This document shows positions 1 to 50,300 of a DNA stretch of 64,000 nucleotides, in pieces (position 1 is the first letter of the stretch; each line of letters begins with the position of its first letter). Location of the stretch: NCBI GenBank assembly GCA_020137815.1, contig CM035362.1:4340001-4404000 (forward strand), in the 5' to 3' direction. Below the pieces are notes generated by a model that was given only the letters and a program-made list of their open reading frames with translations, did no database searches and was not told where the DNA came from. A program made the translations under genes and the position numbers. The stretch is from Hormiphora californensis (taxonomy: Eukaryota > Animalia > Ctenophora).

Positions 1-36972
<36,972 letters not shown>

Positions 36973-37523
36973 AATAGCTATATTTCTTCATTTCACATTT
37001 CGGTACTTTTTACATTCTCCAGCTACAAGAAAATATTACGTTGTCAGTTCTAGAATCGCAACTACAGTCGGACCCGATTTACCGGGAAAAAACTTTCCCC
37101 CGAGCATCCCGGTAAATCGGGGTCTGATTGTACGGGAATGATATTGGGGCAAATAAAAGCACAGTTAAACAGTTTCTGTGAAAATATTTGTACAGTAGAA
37201 ATAGTAAAAGAATAGTTTCAGATTTGTAAAACACCCCCTTTTTCACTTAAATAAGATTAAAGTGCCTAGTTGCAGACAAAGTTACAAATAAAGAAAAAAG
37301 ACACATGTTTTTGAATACAAAATATTAGTACCCGCCCGATCGGAATAATGCCCAGCACTCCCATCACAATTCTGAAAAATCTCTTTCAAACACGGTATCT
37401 CCACTACAAGCGTCACACTGATAGTATCCATCCATCCCGCTCTGAATTCTGAATTCTGATCCTTGATATGTCATACAGTTACTCCCTTCTGACCGTCTCT
37501 AATATTCTAAACCACTCTCCCTG

Positions 37524-38448
37524 CTACACAAAAGTTTCCCTACTGCTGCCCCTAAGATCTCCCACACTACCCGCTATCACAGGTCCATCTCCTGTTGAAG
37601 ACTGCACAGCAGGGCGAGGTATCTCCCCTCCACTGGGCGGTGGTGATGTGGTGGTGTCTCCACTCCAGGTGGTAGGGGAGGGTGGGAACTGATCCTGGAT
37701 TGGGGGAGGTTGGTCTTGGAGCATCATTTTGTCCTCCAATACCTCGACTAGCTTCAACCGGTAGTCCTGTAACGTGTTCATAGTGTTTGTAAGGAGGGCG
37801 GGAGGGAAGAGAGAGAGAGCTGGTGGTTACACCACCAGAATAGAATCAATCCTTCCTAAGTTCCTCCCTGTAAATACGTGTCCCCGGACCCCGGACCACC
37901 CACCCCACCCAACAACACCCACCCCCGTCCACCCCACCCCAACAACAGCCACCTCCACCCACCCCACCCCCACCCACCTCCACCCACCCCACCCCCACCC
38001 ACCCCACCCCCACCCACCCCCACCCACCTCCACCCACCCCACCCCCACCCACCTCCACACACCCCACCCCCCAAACCACCTCCACCCACCCCACCCCCAC
38101 CCACCTCCACCCACCCCACCCCCACTCACCTCCACCCACCCCACCCCCACCCACCTTCACACACCCCACCCCCCAACCCACCTCCACCCACCCCACCCCC
38201 GAGTTACCTCATAATCCTCGATCAGCTTCCTAAGTTCCTCCCTGTAAAGACGAGTCATCATTGTCTGATATTTGTCGAGACTCTCAAAATTCTGGCTCTC
38301 CCACTGATACTCAATAGTGGGGTAAGTTGCGTATTCTCTAAGCCAACCTGGTATTTCCTGAAATAGGGAGGGGATGATGAATTTACAGTACTCGAGCCTG
38401 TTTCATCCTGCAGTGGAGACAGGGTAAAGGAGGGTAAGCTTACATCAT
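37524..38448 (-). CDS. sav: Salvador (SAV1/WW45)-like SARAH-domain protein, apparently lacking WW domains
   Basis: Exon 38208-38357 (or -38397) EIPGWLREYATYP...ESLDKYQTMMTRLYREELRKLIEDYE splices in phase to 37524-37766 DYRLKLVEVLEDK, matching remembered SAV1 EIPDWLQVYA...LDTYQGMLKLLFMKELEQIVKMYEAYRQALLTELENRK; start exon 38444-38448 is tentative. Confidence 0.8.
37895..38200. repeat. C-rich (CCACCCCACC) low-complexity array filling a sav intron; G-tracts on the transcribed strand
   Basis: Direct inspection. Confidence 0.9.
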
Positions 38449-38750
38449 AGGTAGAAGATGATGATTGGGAGCTCTCTCATGATTTATGATTGTTGTGCAG
38501 AGTCAGTCAGTGGTGGGCATGTATTGTTAGAGCTGGGTTTTGAAAATATTTACAACGCAAATGTTATATGCAATTGGTCATTTCTTGTAAGTCTGTCTTG
38601 TAAAACATCGTAACTAGCGTCATTAAGAGAAGAAAAAAAAGAAAAAAAGAAAATGTATCGGTTAAAAGATAATATGATTCATACAAAATGACACATTTAT
38701 AATGACACATTTATAATGACACACAATACAAATAAAACAATTCATCATCT

Positions 38751-41700
38751 CTAATCCGCCTTGTGCTCAACATGAGACACTTTGCACTGTAGAGTGTACC
38801 CCAGCTCTGTACTACTAGCTGCAATAATACGTCTCTTGGTTAGATCCAGCTCCTCGCCTTCTTTTGGGGAGAGAACTACTCCACCAGCCTCTGTGACCTG
38901 GCGGGGGAGGGAGTGTTAGTGTTTTGGAGAGAGAACTACCCCACCAGCCTCTGTGACCTGATGGGGGAGGGAGTGTTAGTGTTTTGGAGAGAGAACTACC
39001 CCACCACTCACCAGCCTCTGTTACCTGATGGGGGGAGAGAAGAAATGTTCAAACCAGTAAGTGGAGTTGATAAATGCAAATTAATTCCACCTACTATTTT
39101 GTAAGGACGCACTACGGAGTTAAAAAGATGAACTACCGCTTGACCCCAAGGCCCAATCTACTGGAACCCCAATCTACCAGAAAATTAAGTATACAGGGAT
39201 CCGTACAATAGAGAGAGAATTTTTCCAATTCTTATCTCCAAGTGGCTCCAACTTTCTGGCCCACCCTGTATCAACTCACTATGACACTAGCAGCAGCAAT
39301 ATCCCAGATATGCATCCCGCTCTCCCAGTACCCATCGCACGACCCCTCTGCTACAGCACACATGTTCAGTGCAGCACTACCCTGCATCCTCAGACCATGA
39401 CACGCTTCTGGTTCTGTTGTAACGGCGGCTATGTTCCGGAGTTTAGTCTGAAACGATTTGTCACGGTTACGTAATATGATTTCAATGAGATAATTATTTA
39501 CATGTACTGGACCATCTCTGAGATATATAGAGAGAATGGGAGGGAGAGAGGCGAATAGTGAGAATCGTCAAAAACAGGGGGGGGTTCAACCTAAAAATTT
39601 CCATTTCCATTTGCCAAAATCCGGGTATCGATGGAAATTTTTAGAAATTTTTAGAAATTTTTAGAAGTTTTTAGAAATTTTTAGAAGTGGTGGTGGTGGT
39701 GGTACAGATAGGTTATAGCGTGCCAAACTCTGCCCGTTAGGGCAGAACGACATTGCAACCTCGTCATAGCGTCTGTCATCGTGTTGTGGTCAGTTAATAT
39801 CATGGCATTCTTAATGTCAGTCAGTCATTGTACTTGCCAGACACTTACGCAGCCCCCACGGTTAAAGGTCGGTTGCACTCTTCGCATCTCCGCCCCGTGA
39901 GGACATTTGCAGTTATCTTGCGAATAAGCAACATGACAAGTTAGGGGGCAGATTTTCAAGCTTGGGTGGCTGTGCAAGTAAGCCTGTTCGTTTGTTTGTT
40001 ACGACGACGGTCCGTCGAGTGGACACTTCTCAAGCTTGGGTCTGGGGTAGTCTGTCTATAGTAGCTCTAATTAAATAATTGGTTGGTAAGGTTAAATCCG
40101 GTAACATTATCAATTGTACACAATGAATGAACAGTCAATACAGACAGATGAACTTACAGTATTTGATGTATGATTGATACCGTGATGTTGTTGGTGATGA
40201 GGTGAGAGGTGTATTCCTTTCAATTACAGGTAAAGATAAAAGACGATCGAACACAAATAAGGCGTGGGGCAGTACCAACGTAGAGTGTAAAATGTTGTAG
40301 AAGACAAGTCGGATAATATAGATAAGACCAGTGATAACTGTTACACGCGATAAGCGACTTAGTGCACCAAAACACAAGGATTGTCGCTGTAGTGGCCTGT
40401 GTAACAAAGTGCTCTAAATTGGGAAGGGCAGGGGTGGGGGAGGTGGGGCGGGGGTGGAGGGGGCGGGGTGGAGGGGGTGGGGTGGAGGGGGTGGGAGGTA
40501 GGGAGAGAATAGAGAAGAGTGCTAAGTGTGAGATTTTATCTGAAGAGAGGGGACGGGACAACACAACGAGACGTAATCACTCTGATAATTGCTAGGGACT
40601 GCTGGGGGACTGCTGGGGGAGCATTCAGAAGGGATTGAGAAGTGAATAAAGTGAATTAGTAGAGTTAGAAAGGGGAAATGATATGCCATTTCCAGACCAA
40701 ATTAACAAGAGTACCAATCGAGAAACGTATTACAAGTGGCAGGTGTAGAATGAAGTTGTTATGCACCAGATTACTGCAGTGTGCTCCTTTATCAAACCAG
40801 GGATTGCATTTGATGATTCAGAGCTGTTTGAGCCGCGCATTTGAAGCGGAAATGCGCGCCACACAGTGGCTGCTGGTGGTGTAATATCTCCAAAGACATG
40901 ATCGATACATATGGAGGCGTTGCCATGGGAATGAAACAGGGAGAGAATAGAGAAGAGTGCTAAGTGTGAGATTTTATCTGAAGAGAGGGGACGGGACAAC
41001 ACAACGAGACGTAATCACTCTGATAATTGCTAGGGACTGCTGGGGGACTGCTGGGGGAGCATTCAGAAGGGATTGAGAAGTGAATAAAGTGAATTAGTAG
41101 AGTTAGAAAGGGGAAATGATATGCCATTTCCAGACCAAATTAACAAGAGTACCAATCGAGAAACGTATTACAAGTGGCAGGTGTAGAATGAAGTTGTTAT
41201 GCACCAGATTACTGCAGTGTGCTCCTTTATCAAACCAGGGATTGCATTTGATGATTCAGAGCTGTTTGAGCCGCGCATTTGAAGCGGAAATGCGCGCCAC
41301 ACAGTGGCTGCTGGTGGTGTAATATCTCCAAAGACATGATCGATACATATGGAGGCGTTGCCATGGGAATGAAACAGGGAGAGAATAGAGAAGAGTGCTA
41401 AGTGTGAGATTTTATCTGAAGAGAGGGGACGGGACAACACAACGAGACGTAATCACTCTGATAATTGCTAGGGACTGCTGGGGGACTGCTGGGGGAGCAT
41501 TCAGAAGGGATTGAGAAGTGAATAAAGTGAATTAGTAGAGTTAGAAAGGGGAAATGATATGCCATTTCCAGACCAAATTAACAAGAGTACCAATCGAGAA
41601 ACGTATTACAAGTGGCAGGTGTAGAATGAAGTTGTTATGCACCAGATTACTGCAGTGTGCTCCTTTATCAAACCAGGGATTGCATTTGATGATTCAGAGC

Positions 41701-44700
41701 TGTTTGAGCCGCGCATTTGAAGCGGAAATGCGCGCCACACAGTGGCTGCTGGTGGTGTAATATCTCCAAAGACATGATCGATACATATGGAGGCGTTGCC
41801 ATGGGAATGAAACAGGGAGAGAATAGAGAAGAGTGCTAAGTGTGAGATTTTATCTGAAGAGAGGGGACGGGACAACACAACGAGACGTAATCACTCTGAT
41901 AATTGCTAGGGACTGCTGGGGGACTGCTGGGGGAGCATTCAGAAGGGATTGAGAAGTGAATAAAGTGAATTAGTAGAGTTAGAAAGGGGAAATGATATGC
42001 CATTTCCAGACCAAATTAACAAGAGTACCAATCGAGAAACGTATTACAAGTGGCAGGTGTAGAATGAAGTTGTTATGCACCAGATTACTGCAGTGTGCTC
42101 CTTTATCAAACCAGGGATTGCATTTGATGATTCAGAGCTGTTTGAGCCGCGCATTTGAAGCGGAAATGCGCGCCACACAGTGGCTGCTGGTGGTGTAATA
42201 TCTCCAAAGACATGATCGATACATATGGAGGCGTTGCCATGGGAATGAAACAGGGAGAGAATAGAGAAGAGTGCTAAGTGTGAGATTTTATCTGAAGAGA
42301 GGGGACGGGACAACACAACGAGACGTAATCACTCTGATAATTGCTAGGGACTGCTGGGGGACTGCTGGGGGAGCATTCAGAAGGGATTGAGAAGTGAATA
42401 AAGTGAATTAGTAGAGTTAGAAAGGGGAAATGATATGCCATTTCCAGACCAAATTAACAAGAGTACCAATCGAGAAACGTATTACAAGTGGCAGGTGTAG
42501 AATGAAGTTGTTATGCACCAGATTACTGCAGTGTGCTCCTTTATCAAACCAGGGATTGCATTTGATGATTCAGAGCTGTTTGAGCCGCGCATTTGAAGCG
42601 GAAATGCGCGCCACACAGTGGCTGCTGGTGGTGTAATATCTCCAAAGACATGATCGATACATATGGAGGCGTTGCCATGGGAATGAAACAGGGAGAGAAT
42701 AGAGAAGAGTGCTAAGTGTGAGATTTTATCTGAAGAGAGGGGACGGGACAACACAACGAGACGTAATCACTCTGATAATTGCTAGGGACTGCTGGGGGAC
42801 TGCTGGGGGAGCATTCAGAAGGGATTGAGAAGTGAATAAAGTGAATTAGTAGAGTTAGAAAGGGGAAATGATATGCCATTTCCAGACCAAATTAACAAGA
42901 GTACCAATCGAGAAACGTATTACAAGTGGCAGGTGTAGAATGAAGTTGTTATGCACCAGATTACTGCAGTGTGCTCCTTTATCAAACCAGGGATTGCATT
43001 TGATGATTCAGAGCTGTTTGAGCCGCGCATTTGAAGCGGAAATGCGTGCCACACAGTGGCTGCTGGTGGTGTAATATCTCCAAAGACATGATCGATACAT
43101 ATGGAGGCGTTGCCATGGGAATGAAACAGGGAGAGAATAGAGAAGAGTGCTAAGTGTGAGATTTTATCTGAAGAGAGGGGACGGGACAACACAACGAGAC
43201 GTAATCACTCTGATAATTGCTAGGGACTGCTGGGGGACTGCTGGGGGAGCATTCAGAAGGGATTGAGAAGTGAATAAAGTGAATTAGTAGAGTTAGAAAG
43301 GGGAAATGATATGCCATTTCCAGACCAAATTAACAAGAGTAACAATCGAGAAACGTATTACAAGTGGCAAGTGTCAATTTTTAGAAGTTTTTAGTACTAA
43401 AAATTTCCAAAAATTTCTAAAAATTTCTAAAAATTTCCAAAAATTTCTAAAAATTTCCAAAAATTTCCATTGACCAAGAAAAGAAAAATTAACAAAAACT
43501 TGAAAATATATAAACACAGTTGTCGAAGAACTGATTCCTTTTCCTTACCTCTTGTGACAACTGAGCATCAATAAGTTATTGAATGATAGATAAGACATCG
43601 ATATCATATATTTTTGGGCAATCCGTACAATTTCTTCAGAAATCATAGCTTCATTGGACAACTAAGGACGCGGACGTCTCGAAAACTGATTTAAAAGTAA
43701 GTTACCAAATAGCACAAGATACCTTATGTACTTATATAAGGTGCTATTTGGTAACTTACTTTTAAATATTCCTTCGGACGGGTCCTTTTACCATGACTAA
43801 TGCTTAATACCGTAGTAGATCAGGTTTCTTAGCATACAATATAGAAACTTAAACTCTTTTTTAAACTCGATAAGGGATATAGCGAGAATAAGTACTAACT
43901 TACTGTCGAAAACATGCATAGATTACCTGTCATTACCTTGGAATTGGGTTACCGACGAACTTATATAAACTTCTAAAAGTTTCTAAAAACTTCTAAAAAT
44001 TTCTAAAAATTTCTAAAAACTTCTAAAAACTTCTAAAAATGTCCATTTACTAAAAACTTCCAAAAATTTCCATTGTCCATAAATTTCTAAAAATTTCTAA
44101 AAATTTCTAAAAATTTCCAAAAAATTCTAAAAATTTCCAAAAATTTCCAAAAATTTCTAAAAATTTCTAAAAATTTCCAAAATAAAATTTCCATTTGCCA
44201 AAAAAGTGGGTATCAATGGAAATTTTTAGGGTTGAACCCCCCCCAAAACAACTAAAACTAACCTGTATTGTCTGCTCACTCCGTTCCCCGCCCATCTCAC
44301 AGACCAACTGCGCTTTAGTCAGCACTTTCTCCCCAGTAACTCGTATAGGGAAACCATTCAGTTGAGCTCCACATCCCTTCCTTGCGGTGTAGAGTTTGTT
44401 TAGGACAGGGTTGTATACAACACCAAACTGAACTACTTTCTGAAAGGATATGATTGGTGCTGTTAATCTCTAGCAGTTTCTGTTAGGATGATTGGTGCTG
44501 TTATTGTCTGACAGTTTCTGAAAGGATGATGGGGGCTGTTATTGTCTGACAGTTTCTGAAAGGATGATTGGTGCTGTTATTGTCTGACAGTTTCTGTAAG
44601 ATGATTGGTGCTGTTATTGTCTGACAGTTTCTGAAAGATGATTGGTGCTGTTATTGTCTGACAGTTTCTGTAAGATGATGGGGGGTGTTATTATCTGACA

Positions 44701-46742
44701 GTTTCTGTAAGATGATTGGTGCTGTTATTGTCTGACAGTTTCTGTAAGATGATTGGTGCTGTTATTGTCTGACAGTTTCTGAAAGGATGATTGGTGCTGT
44801 TATTGTCTGACAGTTTCTGAAATGATGATTGGTGCTGTTATTGTCTGACAGTTTCTGTAAGATGATTGGTGCTGTTAGTATCTAGCACTTTCTTGTTTTC
44901 TCTTCTGGTATCCATTCACCTTTTAGTTCTCTCTTTGTCTTGATATCTATTCCCCTTCTTCTTCTCTCTTTGTCTTGGCATAAATCCCCCCCCCCCCATC
45001 CCACAAAACCTCCTCTTCCCTCTATTCTACTTGCACGGATGGAAGGAAAATTTGAAAAATAGGTTTCCTTTATGACCTATTCAAGAAAAGATCTTACCTG
45101 ATAAGTGAACTCACGGCGTGCCTGGTGAAATTTTAACACGACCTAGCATGCGACGGGAAACCACCACTTGTACGTGGTAGCTGAGGGTCTACAGAATGGC
45201 GCTACGGTGCGGGAAAAAACATTCCATTCCCTAAAATCTTTTTTTTTACTTTTATTTGATTTGGGTCAAAATTGGCTATATTAAACGTGGTCCCGAAAGA
45301 TCCATAATGACTTAGCACACGAAATATGTCACCCCTACCTATTTTTGCACGTAGAATCGATTGCCGTTGAAGTTGAATCTCTAAAATGACTGTAAAACGG
45401 TCAAAAGTTGATTTTTTACCATTTTTTGGAGGTTTTTGGCCCCTAAACCATTGAAAACGTTAAGATAGGAATTTGAAACTAGTGCCAATCGTTAAAATGG
45501 TCATTTTTCTACCAAGAACCAAGTTTTCGCTGTATATCCGATTTATGGTTAGATTTGGGCAAATTGTTGAAATCTGCCAACTAGGAGAACCGTAACTTGA
45601 TTTTCTTGTTTTTTGGATTTTGGCATTTTCGACAAACTTCTGATTGAAATGGTCAATCGGGACCATGCTTAAGTTGTTTATGGGACAATTTTCGACTAAA
45701 ATCCAAGATTTCATACCAATCCAATAACAGATCGTTGATTTATAGAAAATTTAAGTAGGCAAAACGGTGAAAATAAGCAAGAAAAGTTGTCATTTTGACC
45801 GTTTTGCCTACTTAAATTTTCTATAAATCAACGATCTGTTATTGGATTGGTATGAAATCTTGGATTTTAGTCGAAAATTGTCCCATAAACAACTTAAGCA
45901 TGGTCCCGATTGACCATTTCAATCAGAAGTTTGTCGAAAATGCCAAAATCCAAAAAATAAGAAAATCAAGTTACGGTTCTCCTAGTTGGCAGATTTCAAC
46001 AATTTGCCCAAATCTAACCATAAATCGGATATACACGAAAACTTGGTTCTTGGTAGAAAAATGACCATTTTAACGATTGGCACTAGTTTCAAATTCCTAT
46101 CTCAACGTTTTCAATGGTTTAGGGGCCAAAAACCTCCAAAAAATGGTAAAAAAAAAATCAACTTTTGACCATTTTACAGTCATGTTAGAGATTCACTTCA
46201 ACGGCAATCGATTCTACGTGCAAAAATAGGTAGGGGTGACATATTTCGTGTGCTAAGTCATTATGGATTTTCGGGACCACGTTTAATATAGCCAATTTTG
46301 ACCCAAATCAAATAAAAGTAAAAAAAAAGATTTTAGGGAATGGAATGTTTTTTCCCGCACCGTAGCGCCATTCTGTAGACCCTCAGCTACCACGTACAAG
46401 TGGTGGTTTCCCGTCGCATGCTAGGTCGTGTTAAAATTTCACCAGGCACGCCGTGAACTTTCATCATGACCCTTTCTTTGTTTTGTTCAAACCTTTTTTA
46501 TTTTATTAAAAAACGCGAGGAGGGAGGGTCGAACAAGGCAACCCCTTCTCACCTGATAAGTAAAGCCAATTACAATACAAGTGTGAGGGAATCGATGGAC
46601 AAAGTTCATTGTGCCATCGACGGGGTCCACTATCCAGGTAGGTCGCTCATCAAATGTCACTTTTTAAAACCCTACAAGAGAAGGGGAGAAGAAGGAGTAG
46701 GAAGGAAGAGGGGAAAGGGAGATTGTTCGCCCATAAACCAGC
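38751..46742 (-). CDS. IMPA1: Inositol monophosphatase (IMPA1/2 family); 5' exons garbled
   Basis: Exons 46553-46671 ([18 protein letters not shown]), 44263-44439 ([18 protein letters not shown]), 39280-39447 ([13 protein letters not shown]...WDIAAASVI), 38751-38897 (VTEAGG...RRIIAAS, stop); both IMPase signature motifs present; remnant FMGEQS near 46720-46742 and possible exon-1 remnant at 47159-47210. Confidence 0.93.
39577..44244. mobile_element. 4.7 kb poly-G-ended TIR element carrying a 438 bp tandem array, in an IMPA intron
   Basis: G8-TTCAACCTAAAAATTTCCATT...AATGGAAATTTTTAGGGTTGAA-C8; AAATTTCTAA subterminal repeats in inverted orientation; flanks share AAAACA. Confidence 0.85.
40500..43374. 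repeat. 438 bp tandem array, ~6.6 near-identical copies
   Basis: ORF track repeats every 438 bp (40678, 41116, 41554, ...); only a few substitutions seen (e.g. ~43047, ~43342). Confidence 0.97.
44436..44890. repeat. ~38-39 bp x ~11 minisatellite copied from an IMPA acceptor junction
   Basis: Unit cagtttctg(a/t)aag(g)atgattggtgctgttattgtctga. Confidence 0.9.
45112..46455. mobile_element. Chapaev/CMC-like foldback element, near-perfect 1.34 kb palindrome
   Basis: Termini CACGGCGTGCC...GGCACGCCGTG; 4 bp TSD AACT; loop only ~26 nt near 45771-45796. Confidence 0.88.
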
Positions 46743-46754
46743 TGATTTAGAGAG

Positions 46755-46809
<55 letters not shown>

Positions 46810-46915
46810 GAGAGAGAGAGAGGAAAGAGAGAGAGAGAGAAGAGAGAGAGAAGGAGAGAGAGAGAGGAGAGAAGAGAAGAGGAGAGTAGAGGAGAGAGAG
46901 AGGGAGAGAGAGAAT

Positions 46916-46961
<46 letters not shown>

Positions 46962-47300
46962 AGTATCTAGACATAACGCACAGGCCCCCTATTGCTTCTC
47001 TTCTTCTCTCTCTCTCTTCTCTCTCCCTCTCTCTCTCGCACCCTCTCTCTCTCTCCCTCTCTCTCTATCCCTCTCTATCCTGCTCCTCTCTTCTCCTTTC
47101 CTACTTCTCTCCCCCTCTCTCTCCCTCTCGTCTCTCTCTCTCTCTCTCTCTCTCTTACTTTGGTTTGGATTCTATAAAGGCTTTATATTTATTAAAGCTT
47201 CTCGAGACAGATAGAGATGGTGTTTAGTTGGGGGGAGTCAGAGAGGTTTTGAGACAGAGATTCAGTCTTCAAATGTACACAAAGGTGTTTGAACAATTAC

Positions 47301-50300
47301 CAGTCTTTCCCCATAATGGACCCCCTCCTGCCGATCCCCAGCTAGTCCAACATTGATCAGCCACGCCACGAAGTCCTCTCCAGTAAACACTTCCTGGTAC
47401 GTGTGACCCAGTGTCCTAGCAGGGGAATACATGTGTCAGAGAGATAAGAGAGTCCTAGGATTCAGTGTCCTATAAGGAAATGTACATATTGTGTGAGAGA
47501 TAAGAGAAGATAGTTACACTTTATAGCCAGGATCATCTCTCTCCAGCTGCCAGGCTCTGACCACGGTTCTCACACGCTTTGAATGAAATGAGAATGGGTT
47601 CAGGCCAATGCTCTATGACAGCTCCTCACCCTTGTTTGTACGTACCCGATAATCTCCTGGCTGATTGCAGAGATACAGGCTGTCTGGTGGTACCGTGCAA
47701 AACGCTGGCAAAACTGAATTATCTCCGGCTGGATTGAATCAAGCTGAAAATGAATTGTTAATAATAATCAAAACTTGCCCCCCTCCCCTCCCGATCTTTC
47801 TAAAACAATTAAATTACCATTGTAATCGGCTTATACCATTGGTTACCATTGGTTACCATTGGTTACCTTGGGGAGGAGCAGTTCATCATTATCCCTGACC
47901 ATAAGCCGTTGACATATCTCTTCTCGGATGCTCATTGTTCTGTTTTTTATCTCGTTCATTGGCGTTCCGAACACAACAGCCAACATTACACCTGCAATGA
48001 AATAGTGTTTATTTAGGACTGTAGACGACTCGGAGATTTCATTGTATCAGAACTATGCGACTCAAAAACAGCCGATTGGTCAACTTATTGCAGTTAATAT
48101 TTTGAGACCGGGTACTCACCCGGTCGCAGTGAGTACCCTCCAGCGTGCGAAGGGTTGTTTCGTAACCACATGGTGTACCTTATCCAGTCAGGCCAATGCT
48201 CTGACCACGGTTCTCTGTCAGGCCAATGCTCTAATAAACCCTATCTTACCGGGACCCCATCCCCTCTCTTTCTCTCCCTCCTGCAACGTACTCTCTCACG
48301 ATATCGTACGTGCTACGTCTAGTTCGCTACGTCTAGTTCTTTCAAAAAGATAGGGTACACCGTGCTCAAGCTCCAACCCTAGATAACGGTTCTCTGTCAG
48401 ACCAATTCTCTGATACACCCTATATAGTCTAGTGAAAACGTGTCCCGAACCTCAAAGTGAAAAAAGTATTTTTGATTCCTTCACCAAAACACCCTAATGG
48501 ACCCCCTGAGCGAGAATCCAAAAGTCTACCGACCTACCAGTTGCGGAACTACCCTTAATTGGCCATAATTGGTTACAGAGTATTTACAGTCATAAATCAA
48601 ATCGTCTTAGGATAGGAGTAGAGGAAAAAGTAAGGGCACTAAAATGTGTAGCGCCCTCGCATTAGTGGGGGTAGGTACCGGAATAAAGTCTCTATCTCAA
48701 CTGGTTAATTAGATAATGGGATAATTAGCTCTGCGCATAGCCGTTTTTGGCCATATGGCTATAGCCACTTGTGAGTGGTTTAGAGAATTTTCAGAGGGTG
48801 CATTTTGTAGGCAATGGCCAAGTTATGGGGGGTCAATGTCAGACCTTTAAGCTCTATCTCCAACCGTTTAGCCGTTATTTGGATTCAAAGATCCCCAAAA
48901 ATGCTTAAAATCGGGATTTTGGGGGGCTTTTACCGTTTTTTGCTCATCTTGAGCATTTTTGAATCCAAATAACGGCTAAACGGTTGGAGATAGAGCTTAA
49001 AAGCCCGGCATTGACCCCCCATAACTTGGCCATTGCCTACAAAATGCAACCTCTGAAAAGTCTCTAAACCACTCACAAGTGGCTATAGCCATATGGCCAA
49101 AAACGGCTATGCACAGATCTAATTATCCAATTATCTAATTAACCAGTTGAGATAGAGACTTAATTCCGGCACCTACCCCCACTAATGCGAGGGCGCTACA
49201 CATTTTAGTGCCCTCGGTTTTGTCTCTACTCCTTTCCTAACATGGCTATAGCCATATGGCCAAAAACGGCTATGCGCAGAGCTAATTATCCCATTATCTA
49301 ATTAACCAGTTGAGATAGAGACTTTAATCCGGTACCTACCCCCACTAATGCGAGGGCGCTACACATTTTAGTGCCCTTATTTTTTCCTCTACTCCTATCC
49401 TAAGACGATTTGATTTATGACTGTAAATACTCTGTAACCAATTATGGCCAATTAAGGGTAGTTCCGCAACTGGTAGGTCGGTAGACTTTTGGATTCTCGC
49501 TCAGGGGGTCCATTAGGGTGTTTTGGTGAAGGAATCAAAAATACTTTTTTCACTTTGAGGTTGACCTCCTTTTTGGACACGTTTTCACTAGACTATATAC
49601 ACCGGGGCCCCATCCCTAAAAACACACCATTGAAAAGCCACAAGTTGTGCTGGATTAGAACGTACCATTGAAAAGCCACAAGTTGTGCTGGATTAGAACG
49701 TACCATTGAAAAGCCACAAGTTGTGCTGGATCAGAACGTACCATTGAAAATCCACAAGTTGTGCTGGATCAGAACGTACCATTGAAAAGCCACAAGTTGT
49801 GCTGGATCAGAACGTACCATTGAAAAGCCACAAGTTGTGCTGGATCAGAACGTACCATTGAAAAGCCACAAGTTGTGCTGGATCAGAACGTACCATTGAA
49901 AAGCCACAAGTTGTGCTGGATTAGAACGTACCATTGAAAAGCCACAAGTTGTGCTGGATCAGAACGTACCATTGAAAAGCCACAAGTTGTGCTGGATCAG
50001 AACGTACCATTGAAAAGCCACAAGTTGTGCTGGATCAGAACGTACCATTGAAAAGCCACAAGTTGTGCTGGATTAGAACGTACCATTGAAAAGCCACAAG
50101 TTGTGCTGGATCAGAACGTACCATTGAAAAGCCACAAGTTGTGCTGGATTAGAACGTACCATTGAAAAGCCACAAGTTGTGCTGGATCAGAACGTACCAT
50201 TGAAAAGCCACAAGTTGTGCTGGATCAGAACGTACCATTGAAAAGCCACAAGTTGTGCTGGATCAGAACGTACCATTGAAAAGCCACAAGTTGTGCTGGA

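Noticed and set aside
37774-38366. His/Pro-rich and Gly/Trp-rich ORFs
   Set aside because: Arise from the C-rich repeat in the sav intron
40500-43374. Retrozyme/hammerhead array (CTGAAGA in each 438 bp unit) or array of 68/90 aa genes
   Set aside because: No paired stem II followed by GAAA (GAGAC instead); the ORFs are short, lack splice or homology support and simply recur with the repeat
45460-46064. Mirror-image ORF pairs (also 50549/51173 and 55262/55591)
   Set aside because: By-products of palindromic element arms, starting in non-coding TIR sequence
46672-47300. GPR155-IMPA gene fusion
   Set aside because: The junction falls in garbled, microsatellite-rich sequence; collapse or misassembly is more likely
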